Origin: a bacterium
GTDB lineage: Bacteria > Patescibacteriota > Minisyncoccia > Phycocordibacterales > UBA6899
Direction: 5' to 3'
Assembly (NCBI GenBank): GCA_021851895.1
Contig: JAJZQJ010000006.1
Coordinates: forward strand, 13,861-77,860
Length of the DNA: 64,000 nt
This document shows, piece by piece, positions 39,201 through 48,347 of this stretch. Every line of letters starts with the position of its first letter. Within the stretch, counting starts at the first letter, position 1. The translations under genes were made by a program, and so were the position numbers. A model generated the notes under the pieces. It was given only the letters and a program-made list of their open reading frames with translations. It was not told the DNA's origin and did not search any database.

Positions 39201-40101
39201 AAACTGACCCCGAGAGAACACTCATGAACTGCGCGGCCCCTTTGAAAATACTGGCACCCACTCCTGCAATGGGATCAGCGATCGCAAAGTATGCCGCAGC
39301 GAGCGCGTGCGCAACCCCCGTATCGGGAGCGGGCACACAAGGCAAGCTTGCATCTTTCCCCGTATCAACCTCAAGCGTCGCCAGCTCAGCCTTGATATCC
39401 TTCATCATTTGCGCACTCCCGTAATGGAGGTACGTATCGACGAAATTATGCCCGAGCGCATCTTTTGATGAACCTATTTCTGGAAAATCAACATTCGGTG
39501 GTGCTATAGCACCCACGCTCCCGACGAGGCCAGCAATGACCTTGTCGTTTTTTGAGAGAATATATCGTGCATTCGGAGCGGACATCTGTGCAGGCGAGGC
39601 GACGTTATACATCGTCATACTACTCGTCCCGATACCCCCTTCGCGGGTCGCGAGCCAATCGTAGATCGTATTAGCATAAAAATTACCCTGCGAGTGCGGC
39701 ACAAAGAGAATCCTCCCCTCTTTAACTTCATCATGCATCGCGCTGATCATCTCTTCTGCATCATAATCAAGCCCCATCGCATGTTGTGCCTGATCGAAGG
39801 TCTTCTGAATGACTGAAGTTAGACTGTCCCCAATGCCTGCGATATGAGATGGGTTGAAAGCATAATATGTTTTCACAATTTCACCCTGGAAAGTATCTGG
39901 GACAATTTTCTTTAACTCTCTTGCGCCATGAGCAGCATCTGATTCACTATTTAATACCCCATTAATATAAATTACTGAGTACCCATTTTTAAAACACTTA
40001 TTAGTCACTTCTGTTACGCCGAAGAAATATCCATAACCCGGGCTTGGAAAAACTAACACGACCAAAGTGGTCGCCAAAATTACTATTCTCTTCATAATCA
40101 C
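36244..40101 (-). CDS. Giant secreted protein (1285 aa): lipase-like alpha/beta-hydrolase domain, two lamin-tail (LTD) domains, and Ser/Thr/Gly-rich repeats
   Basis: Signal peptide; VPHSQGN nucleophile-elbow-like motif; two ITEYYIG..GESSW...L..W.L....E..FPFP segments matching the LTD pattern; repeated SSTSTPPIDxGGxVxGTSTATST units. Confidence 0.7.
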   Translation of the reverse strand: MIMKRIVILATTLVVLVFPSPGYGYFFGVTEVTNKCFKNGYSVIYINGVLNSESDAAHGARELKKIVPDTFQGEIVKTYYAFNPSHIAGIGDSLTSVIQKTFDQAQHAMGLDYDAEEMISAMHDEVKEGRILFVPHSQGNFYANTIYDWLATREGGIGTSSMTMYNVASPAQMSAPNARYILSKNDKVIAGLVGSVGAIAPPNVDFPEIGSSKDALGHNFVDTYLHYGSAQMMKDIKAELATLEVDTGKDASLPCVPAPDTGVAHALAAAYFAIADPIAGVGASIFKGAAQFMSVLSGSVFSSAPQPMEELKGTRDLPDLKKEAPVTYPGFKPAVVLPVVQQDAPPVVKETTLPKKKPLKAAPAVDPDAEYKTALLERIALLKRMLKAESTLEKQVIASSVIRRSGSLPTARAHALEEASTTPIIVEQGGFTIEDNLPQSQESASIIPTSGQLLITEYYIGKDGESSWVELMNTTDKWLDMRNAEFIEDGEHYPFPLTGIPPKRFVVLSSDGTKSHAILQSEAPYRFIEGLSSRSRSSGEFVILANHSLVDRAPYGGAYCANAYALRRSCERMITIAPGDNPSYWVRARALDTPTQYENASTIGYANQSWKYNIYEGRRIAGVYPNEIIPRGSDAVYVTGEVTVQSGEEWMVGNDRSWVLALPDAAIFGGNAQTVIHVYGTLGIWKTGSISTNKQFANYTSESNRPLIETVPHIVVHEGGVFVRDPYTYLTAPVIVRGGVVRVNTIASRMRLESGKLFLTYFDDGTSPAEIPSCSTYRDRTMLLEWLGGKVYRIGVDCGPAIPPTGQDEGQQGGPDDPFGVLAMQDAEDCHVYYAARDFVDCNEYYGLPPEFIDPPPEAIPPVESTTTPEIDDEMSTSTATSTDDVPPVEDSQGDAVGTTTPADGSASSTEELPPPEDSGSGSSATTTESLSLIDSSSTSTATSTPVEDGSGSSTSTPPIDNGGLVAGTSTATSTPGEEGPPSSTSTPPIDGGGIVTGTSTATSTASGEDGSATTTESVFCYDGPLYYDGITDEELNATCGHGWAPRPELFPVTSGGWNPLDGRMQITEYYIGAAGESSWFKVSNMMGSAAIDLKLTDVSIAGVRIPFPVLSIPAREYVLIASDGLTAQAVPLVSQNGGVETRAEYIGFVLPEDIESSGTIRFFYTTRPGLPEEDIEIFDYERGVCPGIISSIGSCVLERPYLVGNYEGDAGYVPWSMPSTSEPSMSNVSSPESSDEAPSADNVVIENLSSDNSTTTPDVIVEEIGTSTSVDIVAGDGDATSTAP

Positions 40102-40147
40102 AAACTTGCGCGTTTGTGAATAATAAAAACAATTTGGAAATTATTTT

Positions 40148-40786
40148 CTACCTAATTTCAGGGAATATATCACACTGTGCACCATCGATATCACCAAAAC
40201 TCGAGATATTCTTCAGCGCTCCGACATAAGCGGCATTTCTTTGGGGTGTATTGATAAGTTCACCAATCAAACCTTTTTCAGCGCTATCTACAAGCGCTAA
40301 ATTTTGTGCACTATTTGGTAAATCATAATATATTTTTTCACAACCCGTTGCCCTCATTTCCTCCCCAAGCGCTGCCTTGAGTGTCTCCTTACTTTCCGTA
40401 TGGGTCATCACCATCGCCTCAGCGCGTGCCCACTGCATCCACACCGCGCGCTCCTTCTGGTCAGTATAGTGATCGAATATCCAGCGCTCAACATCATCAC
40501 GAACATAATTATGATTCACGTCGATTCCAGCGACCGTCGCATCATTCTCTGCCTTATTCGGCTCCGGCGGAAGTTTTGATCCATCCACATCAGCGAGTGT
40601 CAGACGAATCTCATGAATGGCCGCTACTTTTTTCGCGGTATCATCCGCATGGAGCAACTGCCCTGTGCGCACGATAACGAGCAAGCCGTAGACGACGAGA
40701 GCGCCAATAACCACTCTTTTTATTACTTTTACAACACGAGAGCGGTGCCGAGGCACCGCAGTTTGCATTTCTTCTGCATTCATCAT
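40148..40786 (-). CDS. Membrane-anchored hypothetical protein
   Basis: 212 aa with an N-terminal TM; no recognised domain. Confidence 0.45.
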   Translation of the reverse strand: MMNAEEMQTAVPRHRSRVVKVIKRVVIGALVVYGLLVIVRTGQLLHADDTAKKVAAIHEIRLTLADVDGSKLPPEPNKAENDATVAGIDVNHNYVRDDVERWIFDHYTDQKERAVWMQWARAEAMVMTHTESKETLKAALGEEMRATGCEKIYYDLPNSAQNLALVDSAEKGLIGELINTPQRNAAYVGALKNISSFGDIDGAQCDIFPEIR

Positions 40787-40810
40787 GATTCAATTATATC
40801 CTATTAACTT

Positions 40811-41071
40811 TCATTTTTGTATGTTGCCCGTCGCGGCAGGCTGCATCTCCCGCAAGCGCTGCACAGCGTCGTCCACGACGGGCACGGATTTTCCCAATCG
40901 TTGTGCAGTATGACGATTGTTCCCCATAAAATCCTCTTGCATCAAAACGACCACAGAAAGAGCGATCGCGCTGAGCGCAAGCACAAGACTCACGCTCACA
41001 AGGACCGCTCGAGCACCCTCCTCACGAAGAGAGAACGCCTCATCGACACCATGTATTTCTCCGTTTTGCAT
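40811..41071 (-). CDS. Small hypothetical membrane protein
   Basis: 86 aa with one TM. Confidence 0.3.
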   Translation of the reverse strand: MQNGEIHGVDEAFSLREEGARAVLVSVSLVLALSAIALSVVVLMQEDFMGNNRHTAQRLGKSVPVVDDAVQRLREMQPAATGNIQK

Positions 41072-41170
41072 ACGCTATTACACTTACTATACTAACATAT
41101 ATGATTATAACAATATCAATAGATACAGCAACTATAGATATGTGCATAATGTGTGCATAACGCACGAAAA

Positions 41171-41189
41171 AACCACGCAATGCGTGGTT
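41171..41189 (-). terminator. Intrinsic terminator (aaccacgca a tgcgtggtt, followed by a T-run on the minus strand) for the 41197-41847 gene
   Basis: Seen in the sequence. The GGTTCGA within it is not part of a tRNA. Confidence 0.55.
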
Positions 41190-41196
41190 CGATCAA

Positions 41197-41847
41197 TTAC
41201 TTCAAGAGAACACGTTCGCCCTTACTGCTGAGCTCCATATGAGTATAGCCCGGGAGCTGGCGCACGATATTCATGAGATCCTTCCGACGGAGCGGCAGGG
41301 TAACGAGATGGATCGACACCTCACCATCACGAGAAACCCGTAATGTGTCTTTGGGGTAATTGCGCGAAAGTTCCTGGGTCATGATTCCCCCATTTCCGTC
41401 CGCTGTTTTACCGAGGTGGTACTGTACACGGTCATCACGAATGATGAGCTGACGATCGCAGCCGTGCTGGTGCAGTATGAGCCGGTGCGCCGAACTGACG
41501 TCCCCAGCCGATAACACCCACTGCTCCAAAAATCTCTTAACGAAGCGATAACGGTGCAGTTCGATGCTGGAGTAAGTTGCGAGGCCCCAAACGACGATCG
41601 CATAGAACACTGAAGTACAGATCCGCATCCAGAACGAAGTGGGAATCTGATAACTCTTCCCGAAGACGAAATACGTGAGTGCACCGAACAGCAAGACGCT
41701 GATACCCAAGCGCGTACACGCACGCTCACCAAGATTGCACTTCCAGATGTTTTCCTCGAAGCGGTGCGGGAGCACCAGTATCAGGTTGAAGCAGCCGAGG
41801 AAATAGATTGCGGAAACGAGCAAAAATAAGAGGTCCTTCGTGGACAT
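41197..41847 (-). CDS. Hypothetical membrane protein
   Basis: 216 aa; three N-terminal TM segments; soluble C-terminal domain. Confidence 0.45.
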   Translation of the reverse strand: MSTKDLLFLLVSAIYFLGCFNLILVLPHRFEENIWKCNLGERACTRLGISVLLFGALTYFVFGKSYQIPTSFWMRICTSVFYAIVVWGLATYSSIELHRYRFVKRFLEQWVLSAGDVSSAHRLILHQHGCDRQLIIRDDRVQYHLGKTADGNGGIMTQELSRNYPKDTLRVSRDGEVSIHLVTLPLRRKDLMNIVRQLPGYTHMELSSKGERVLLK

Positions 41848-42033
41848 GAGTGCTCCTTGTTCTCCCCCACCATGGGGAAAAGTTCTCTCGTCTAACTAAC
41901 ACAAATCATAGAAAAGACAAGATTCGCACCAGGGTATTGAAAAAGTTTAAATATTCAAAGATTTACAGAATTTCATTTCACAACAAAATTCGTGAGGATT
42001 TTATTTTTGTATTTCAAAACATTGCACAACGAA

Positions 42034-42156
42034 AAACTGCAGATTTGGGATGAAGTTGCCCTCGCTGGAGGCGTGCCGACCGACGGAGCCGTAGGCGTTC
42101 TACGGTGACGAGGCGGTGCGCCGAAGCGTGAGGGCAAATTCGCCCAAATGTGCAGT
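42034..42156. ncRNA. GC-rich extended imperfect hairpin of about 123 nt (candidate structured RNA or 3'-UTR element); the strand is unknown
   Basis: Outer arms aaactgcagatttggg / cccaaatgtgcagttt; inner arms ttgccctc / gagggcaa; apical ccgtag gcgtt ctacgg. GC-rich within an AT-rich spacer. Confidence 0.3.
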
Positions 42157-42786
42157 TTAGAAAAGATTTAACTTATTCAATACAACAAGATGAGGGTAGT
42201 CTACAATATCGCGGACAAACTTATCATACACCCCGAATCGATATTCAAACTCCGCAGACTCCATGAGCGCATACGAGAGCTCCTTCCCTACTTCTGCCTC
42301 AAGCTTCTTGAGTTCGCGCTCGATCGCTGCACGCTTCAGTTTATCACCAACGATGAGTACATCGACACGAGAGGTCGGCTCATCGATGAAGATACCTGCA
42401 ACAATGATGAGTTTGAAGTGTCCACACCCCTTGAAGCGGGCTGCGATGTCTTCCTTGCCCATTGCGATCTCGGTGACGAGACCACGAAGTGAAGCAAGGA
42501 ATGGGAATGATGGATCGAGGCCATATCCTGTGAACTTCTTTTTCTTGAGTTCGGTCTCTGCGCTCACCTTGGCCCGTGATGACTTTGGCACGAGCTTCAC
42601 CGCCTCGCGCTCTTTAACAAGTGCAATATCACGGAGAAGACGTACCTCTTTGCGTGCAACATCGATCGAGGTTCGTGCGCGTTGAGCGACGTCGGCGATC
42701 TCGTAGATCTCTTCACTGTTCATGAGGAAAAGGCGCATGACGCGGACGCGTGCCGCTGAGCCGAATAGTTTCGCGAGGGTATCCAT
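42157..42786 (-). CDS. Conserved hypothetical protein with a possible N-terminal HTH
   Basis: 209 aa from MDTLAKLFG; no catalytic motif recognised. Confidence 0.45.
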   Translation of the reverse strand: MDTLAKLFGSAARVRVMRLFLMNSEEIYEIADVAQRARTSIDVARKEVRLLRDIALVKEREAVKLVPKSSRAKVSAETELKKKKFTGYGLDPSFPFLASLRGLVTEIAMGKEDIAARFKGCGHFKLIIVAGIFIDEPTSRVDVLIVGDKLKRAAIERELKKLEAEVGKELSYALMESAEFEYRFGVYDKFVRDIVDYPHLVVLNKLNLF

Positions 42787-42840
42787 AATACGGTTAGTGT
42801 AGCATAGACGGGGCCAAAAATCACCCCGAAAACACGCAAA

Positions 42841-42862
42841 AACCACGCCAGGCGTGGTTTTT
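42841..42862. terminator. Terminator of paralog A (aaccacgcc a ggcgtggtt plus T-run)
   Basis: Seen in the sequence. Confidence 0.6.
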
Positions 42863-42975
42863 GCACAAAAGACAAGACTATGCTCAGGCCACCAGGAAGT
42901 GCCTGTAGACGGCGAAAAAATGCGAAACGCGAGCACCGGACGGCGCTCGCGTTTCTACACAATCATTCCTTTTAA

Positions 42976-45027
42976 TTAATTGGTGATGAAGAGGTTTGAA
43001 GACTGGAAGTCGCCTTCTGGAGTACCCGCGATCTGTGCGGTCGCTGCTCCATAGGCACCACTCGTCGTATAGCCGACAGAGTTTACCTGGAGACGATACT
43101 GGCCTGCTGCAGTCGGATCATAGGTCACGACGACCTCGATCGTTGCTGACTCACCATCTGCGATACGGACGTAATTACCATCACGTGTACCACCGGAGAT
43201 GAGGGCTACAGACTTCGTTGTCGCACCTGACGACACGACGTTGCCATTTCCATCCTCCATGCTGTACACAACACCCGTTGTGCTCGTTGCTGAATCGATG
43301 GTGAATGGCACCCAGATATCATTACCTGATGCAGTCACACGAATCTGCATGTGGTACTCACCATAACTTGCTGATGGGTTATATGAGTTTTGCACTGCAT
43401 TCGCATATGAGCTTACGCGAGCGATATTGAGGCCCGTCGAGCGGAAAGTCTGCGTGCGACCTGTTGCTGAACCTGAGAATGCAGTGATGTTATCACCATT
43501 CTGATCCTGTGCATTTACCGAGGCGTAAGAGACGGTCATCGAGCTTCCTTCTGGGAATGATGCAGTGCCGATCTTCAACATGCGCGCAACGACATCGAAG
43601 GTTGCAGTGTTGTCCTGATCGATCGTTGCGAGATCATCGAGGTTAAATGTGAGTACACCACCTGAGACCGCTGTTGCGTCTGCGGTTGCAAGCACATTGC
43701 CATCACGAAGGAGCTGAAACTCGCTTGCCTGATTTGCGATCGCCGCACCCGAACTTGAAACATTCACGCGAACCTGATCGAACTGTGTACGTGTTCCCTC
43801 TGGCTTCAAGCGGAACTCGAGCATCGTCACCTTGTCGCCTGAACCACTATCAGAGACGAATACCGTGCGCTCATCAGGATTGTTTGCACCAGTATAGATG
43901 CGCACCTTTACGTCGCCTGAGGTTGAGAGCTTGTCGACGTATACTCCTGAATTTGAGACGCTTGAACCATCAGAGAAGGTGTAGCCGGTTGCATCGGTGA
44001 AACGGATGCTATCAGCACGCACAGTCCATGGACTTCCGCTTCCGGCAATTGCTGAATCGATGTATGGGACACCAATAGCGCGCACGTAGAATACCGTCTG
44101 GCCAGATGAGCCCATGCGTACGATCGCATTATCGAGCGCGACTGCCTTCGAGTACTGACCGGAGCCATCGCGATAGAAATCACTTGCGGAGACACGTCCG
44201 ACCTGTGAACCATTAGCATAGATCTCGAACGCGTCGAAGTAGCGCGTGAGGTTGTTGTTATTTGAACCGTTGTAATTCAAAGTGAGGCGAAGATTCGTCA
44301 CACGGACATCGGACCCGTCTGCGCGTACCTTGAAACCAAGTACGTACTTCCCTGATCCCGTCACAACGTTGTCTTCAACATCCGCAGAATAGCTATTTAC
44401 GGAAATCGAGCCTGCGCTGCCATTCAATCCTGAGTTGTTTGTATATCCCCCGTTGTTGTAGTTCGACGATGTGTTTGTATTCGTCACGACCGTCGTCGGA
44501 GTAACTGAAGATGGGATATCAGTGCTTGCACCAAGAACGACACCACCTGTTGGGACGCAGAGCTGATGCAATTGTGCGCGAGTCGCTACACCAACGATAC
44601 CTGTACCGTAGGAAAGACCCATAGGCGCAAGCACATCGGCTGCATACTTATTCTGAAAACGAATGACTGCAGCACGAGTCAATGGACCAAAATAGTCCGT
44701 CTCTGCACCGGGAGCACCAACTCCGTAGCCTGCAACCTGCGTATCTGCAGACTGATTAAGGACACGCTGGAGCTCGACGACCTCGGGGTCATACATGCCA
44801 AGCGAAAGCTCTTTGGTGAATGTGCACGATGTGCCAACATTTGCATTTGCATTATTGTAGGCGATCACTGCATTCCCACCATTCTGCGAAAGCTGCAACT
44901 GCTGCAACTGTGCAATGAGGGCGTTGATCTGTGCTTGTAATTCGTCAGTAGTCACCGCAGAAGCCATTGCGGGTACCAAGAGTACAAGCATGAGCAACCC
45001 GGCGAATTTTGTAATCATATTTTTCAT
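42976..45027 (-). CDS. Surface protein paralog A: signal peptide, peptidoglycan-binding (PG_binding_1-like) domain, beta-rich core, conserved FQSSNLFITN C-terminus
   Basis: Start at MKNMITKF. TTDELQAQINALIAQLQQ helix. Cys-bracketed G(M)xDxEVxxLQxxLN...YFGPxTxAAVIxFQNKY PG-binding domain. Shares its termini with paralogs B and C. Confidence 0.75.
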   Translation of the reverse strand: MKNMITKFAGLLMLVLLVPAMASAVTTDELQAQINALIAQLQQLQLSQNGGNAVIAYNNANANVGTSCTFTKELSLGMYDPEVVELQRVLNQSADTQVAGYGVGAPGAETDYFGPLTRAAVIRFQNKYAADVLAPMGLSYGTGIVGVATRAQLHQLCVPTGGVVLGASTDIPSSVTPTTVVTNTNTSSNYNNGGYTNNSGLNGSAGSISVNSYSADVEDNVVTGSGKYVLGFKVRADGSDVRVTNLRLTLNYNGSNNNNLTRYFDAFEIYANGSQVGRVSASDFYRDGSGQYSKAVALDNAIVRMGSSGQTVFYVRAIGVPYIDSAIAGSGSPWTVRADSIRFTDATGYTFSDGSSVSNSGVYVDKLSTSGDVKVRIYTGANNPDERTVFVSDSGSGDKVTMLEFRLKPEGTRTQFDQVRVNVSSSGAAIANQASEFQLLRDGNVLATADATAVSGGVLTFNLDDLATIDQDNTATFDVVARMLKIGTASFPEGSSMTVSYASVNAQDQNGDNITAFSGSATGRTQTFRSTGLNIARVSSYANAVQNSYNPSASYGEYHMQIRVTASGNDIWVPFTIDSATSTTGVVYSMEDGNGNVVSSGATTKSVALISGGTRDGNYVRIADGESATIEVVVTYDPTAAGQYRLQVNSVGYTTSGAYGAATAQIAGTPEGDFQSSNLFITN

Positions 45028-45183
45028 AATATTTTGAGTTTTTTGACACCGAAGGCCAACAGGCCAAGGGCGCAAATGGGTGTTTGGTAATCATGGTTCT
45101 ACCACAACCCCAACTGAGAAACAAGCAAAGCACGGCCCTGTGACAAGGTTTTTACCTTGACACCACGATTCCCTCCCTGCCTT

Positions 45184-45209
45184 TTTAAAGGACAAAACTG
45201 TCCTTTAAA
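45184..45209. promoter_or_regulatory. Perfect palindrome TTTAAAGGACA-aaac-TGTCCTTTAAA in the paralog A upstream region; a further half-site TTTGTCCTTTAGT at 45271-45283
   Basis: Seen in the sequence; the 13-mer is identical to 52088-52100. Confidence 0.55.
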
Positions 45210-45384
45210 AAGGACGCTCACTAACATGCGCTATACCTAGCTTTCTGGAGATACATGAATTCCCTTCATCTTTGTCCTTTAGTTTCGTGCACATTTGCAA
45301 TTATCTTCAGAACACACATTATATATATTGGCAAGTATTCTATACACCATGCGCATACAGACAAGGCTTCCCCTCACAACAAAA

Positions 45385-45409
45385 AACTTCGCCGAAGCGA
45401 AGTTTTTTG
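45385..45409. terminator. Terminator of paralog B (aacttcgc cgaa gcgaagtt, flanked by A5 and T6)
   Basis: Seen in the sequence. Confidence 0.65.
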
Positions 45410-45437
45410 TCTTGAACGACTTACCGAATACTCTGCA

Positions 45438-47438
45438 TTAATTCGTAATGAAGAGATTCGATGTCTGGAAGTCAGTGTCAGGAGTTGCTGCGATCGATGC
45501 AGTTGCTGCACCAGTTGCGCCAGCGGTTGTGTATCCGACTGAGCCAACCTGCAAACGGAACTGACCAGCTGCAGCAGCGTCGTAAGTCACAACGATATCA
45601 AGTGTTGCGGACTCACCATCTGCGATCTTCACATAGTTACCATCGCGGATTCCGCCAGAGACGAGTGCGACCGAAGCCGTAGTCGTACCTGTGGTTGATG
45701 CGATCGTTGCACCATTTGAGTCCTCGATCGTGTATGAGATACCGGTCGTTGAACTTGCATTATCAATCGTAAATGGTACCCAGATATCATCACCAGAAGC
45801 GGTGACCTTTACCTGCATGTCGAATGTACCGAAGCTTGCTGATGGCGTGTTCGAGTTCGTTGTCGCACTTGCCGTCGAGCTTACCTTGGTTACATTAAGA
45901 CCAGTTGCACGGAAGGTCTGTGTCTTTCCGGTTGCTGAACCATAGAACTTCGATGTTGGGATCACATCACCGTTGACGTCCTGAGCGTTGATACCATAGG
46001 TTGCGATCGTAACTGATGAGGTTGCACCCTGCGGGAACGTCGCAGTAGCGATCTTCTGCATCTTACCCACGATCTGGTAGGTGACCGTATCATCCTGGTT
46101 CACATACTCGAGATTATCGAGATTGAATGTTGCAAGACCAGTTGCTGCGGTAAACTCTGAAGTATTTGTTGGATCAACCGTTGCAAGGGTTGAACCATTC
46201 TTCACGAGCTGGAACTCGCTGAACATCTGGCTCGTCGAGGTTGAGCTGGTTGTCGTTGCTTTCAACTGATCAAATGAGATCTTCGTACCCTCTGCCTTGA
46301 TGCGGAACTCGTTCATGACGACCTTGTCGCCTGAATTGTCCTGTGAAACAAAGACGGTGCGCTCGTCTGGATTTGCTGAGCTTGATGAGAAGCGAACCTT
46401 GACATCAGATGATGAAGCGAGCTTACTGACCGTAATACCTGAATAGGTCACACCACTTGCTGTTGAAGAAAGAGTGACGCCAGTTGCATCCTGGTAACGA
46501 ATTTCGTTAAGGGTTGCGGTCCAAAGTGCTGCAAGATTTGCAGTATCAATGGTCTGCGCACCAATAGCCTTCACTGCGAAGGTGACCTGGTTTGCAGTAC
46601 CCATGCGTACGATCGTATTTGCGTTAAGCGCAATGGTCTTTGAGTAGTGACCAGCAGAATCACGGTTGAAATCACCCGCCATTGCTGAACCTACCTTTGA
46701 ACCATTCGCATAAATATCAAGTTCCTGGAAATAGCGATCGAGGTAGTTCGAGACACTTGAATTGTCCGTCATTGCAAGCGAAATCTTTACATGAGAGACA
46801 TTGATATCTGAACCATCTGCCTTGACCTTAAAGCCGAGAACGGTCTGCGCTGCACCAGTGACGACGTTCGTGTCGTTATCTGAGCTGTAGTTGCTGATAT
46901 CTGCTGAACCAGCACCACCATTAAGACCAGAAACACTTGTACCCGTGGTACCCGTCGTGCCGGTTGTTCCGGTCGTTGTACCTGGAGTGGTTGTCGTAGG
47001 TACTGCTGCACAAAGTGCATTGATCTTTGCGCGAGTCATTGCCCCGACCAAGCCGCTACCCATTGAGAGACCCACTGGAGCGAGCACCTCAGATGCGTAC
47101 TTGTTCTGGAACTTGATGACTGCAGCCTTTGTTGCGGGTCCGAAGTACATCGTCTCATTCCCCATTGAGCCAGGACCTGATGCTGCGACCTCGGTCGCCA
47201 TGTCCTGATTGAGGAACTTCTGGAGATTCATCACCTCCGCGTCCGACATACCCTGCTTGAGTGTCTTGGTGAAGACCGATGAGCAAGATGCGGTTGCTGC
47301 CGGCTTTGCTGCTGCGAGTTGTGCCATAAGCGCATTGATCTGCGCCTGGAGCTCCTCGATGGTCGCTGCTGATGCTACCACTGGGAGGAGCACCGAAGCG
47401 AGGGCAAGGCCGACGAACTTTGTATACTTATTCGTCAT
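45438..47438 (-). CDS. Surface protein paralog B (666 aa): same architecture, C-terminus TDFQTSNLFITN
   Basis: N-terminus MTNKYTKFVGLALASVLLPVVASAATIEELQAQINALMAQL; PG-binding domain; Thr/Gly linker. Confidence 0.75.
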   Translation of the reverse strand: MTNKYTKFVGLALASVLLPVVASAATIEELQAQINALMAQLAAAKPAATASCSSVFTKTLKQGMSDAEVMNLQKFLNQDMATEVAASGPGSMGNETMYFGPATKAAVIKFQNKYASEVLAPVGLSMGSGLVGAMTRAKINALCAAVPTTTTPGTTTGTTGTTGTTGTSVSGLNGGAGSADISNYSSDNDTNVVTGAAQTVLGFKVKADGSDINVSHVKISLAMTDNSSVSNYLDRYFQELDIYANGSKVGSAMAGDFNRDSAGHYSKTIALNANTIVRMGTANQVTFAVKAIGAQTIDTANLAALWTATLNEIRYQDATGVTLSSTASGVTYSGITVSKLASSSDVKVRFSSSSANPDERTVFVSQDNSGDKVVMNEFRIKAEGTKISFDQLKATTTSSTSTSQMFSEFQLVKNGSTLATVDPTNTSEFTAATGLATFNLDNLEYVNQDDTVTYQIVGKMQKIATATFPQGATSSVTIATYGINAQDVNGDVIPTSKFYGSATGKTQTFRATGLNVTKVSSTASATTNSNTPSASFGTFDMQVKVTASGDDIWVPFTIDNASSTTGISYTIEDSNGATIASTTGTTTASVALVSGGIRDGNYVKIADGESATLDIVVTYDAAAAGQFRLQVGSVGYTTAGATGAATASIAATPDTDFQTSNLFITN

Positions 47439-47880
47439 ATGAATTTAAATGAAATAATCAACTTGTTCCGTTTTCGCTTGGACGCCATACGAATAGAACA
47501 CTCGTATTCCGTACCTCGCTCGGCGGAATAAATCATGTAGTCATCATGCGATGTCTACGAGAGTTCACTACTGTTATAAATAATGAAGCTCATAAATCAC
47601 GGTTTGAAGTTTGTGCGTACCATCCCCTCCGCAAGAAGTGACAATACGCAGCTGGCCCGTATATAAGACATGGATCCGCAAGCGTTCCCTGCATATATAC
47701 GTACCGATCGATCACGATCAGCATCCCAGAAAGTGCGGTGGCTACCCATCTTCCCATGCAACCCTGATCGACTGCTTCGCTTTCCTCTATGAGGCATCCA
47801 CAGTGCGTACACCACAGATGCTCCATCGCAGAAACTTTTCGCACAAACATACAAAGACGAAAAACTGCTCACGAAAGCTT
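47439..47880. repeat. About 440-nt non-coding upstream block of paralog B, duplicated at 50319-50767 with about 85-90% identity; contains a conserved leader hairpin at 47487-47507
   Basis: Aligned by eye. Shared segments aaataatcaacttgttccgttttcgct..., ataaatcacggtttgaagtttgtgc...ccgcaagaagtgacaatac..., and gcagaaacttttcgcacaaacatacaaagacgaaaaactgctcacgaaagct. The ORFs called inside it (47590-48018) are judged spurious. Confidence 0.7.
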
Positions 47881-48130
47881 TCTCCTCACACACAAGCTAC
47901 CGCTCGATCGCTCGGGCAGTACCTATCTTGCACGAACCCCTGGAGTAGAGGACCGTGTGCGATAGACATCCTGTCAGACGTCTTCACTTGCATAACAATG
48001 CCGTACTACGTTTTGTGACAGGAATAGCATAATTATATAGTCGATAACAATATCGGCAATAAAAAGCATCCACACAATGTCCTATACGAATGGTTAGGGC
48101 ATAAAGGACAGGGGTGCCTTGTTCAATTCA

Positions 48131-48262
48131 AGGGAATAGGGAAAAGGGAAAAGCGTATAGGGTAAATGCCACTAGTAAGAAAAAACGCGAGCACAGTAGG
48201 TGCTCGTGTTTTTTGTATTCTGTTTTTCTCTTTTCCCTATACCCTTTTCCCTTTTCCCTAGC
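48131..48262. mobile_element. MITE-like mini-element: imperfect TIRs about 30 bp long (agggaatagggaaaagggaaaagcgtataggg / ccctatacccttttcccttttccct) around a terminator-type hairpin
   Basis: The TIRs are reverse complements with a few mismatches; same repeat family as 52219-52736, 55118-55349 and 62138-62175. Confidence 0.55.
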
Positions 48263-48286
48263 ATATCCTCCTCTTCCTAAAAGCAA

Positions 48287-48308
48287 AAACCCGCCGAAGC
48301 GGGTTTTT
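48287..48308. terminator. Terminator of paralog C (aaacccgc cgaa gcgggttt)
   Basis: Seen in the sequence. Confidence 0.65.
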
Positions 48309-48347
48309 GTCTGTAGACGATCAGAGATCGTTTCTACATCAGGAACA

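Noticed and set aside
41171-41189. GGTTCGA T-loop-like string, checked as a possible tRNA
   Set aside because: It is the stem of an intrinsic terminator hairpin (aaccacgca a tgcgtggtt); no acceptor or anticodon arms can be built
42034-42156. SRP (4.5S) RNA or RNase P RNA identity for the GC-rich hairpin
   Set aside because: Neither the conserved SRP domain IV loop motifs nor the RNase P P4 consensus could be found by eye. It is kept only as an unclassified structured element
47590-48018. ORFs of 86-135 aa inside the duplicated upstream blocks (likewise 50550-50912 and 48114-48448)
   Set aside because: They lie in non-coding leader or promoter sequence conserved at the nucleotide level. Their frames are not conserved between the two copies, and they show low-complexity composition
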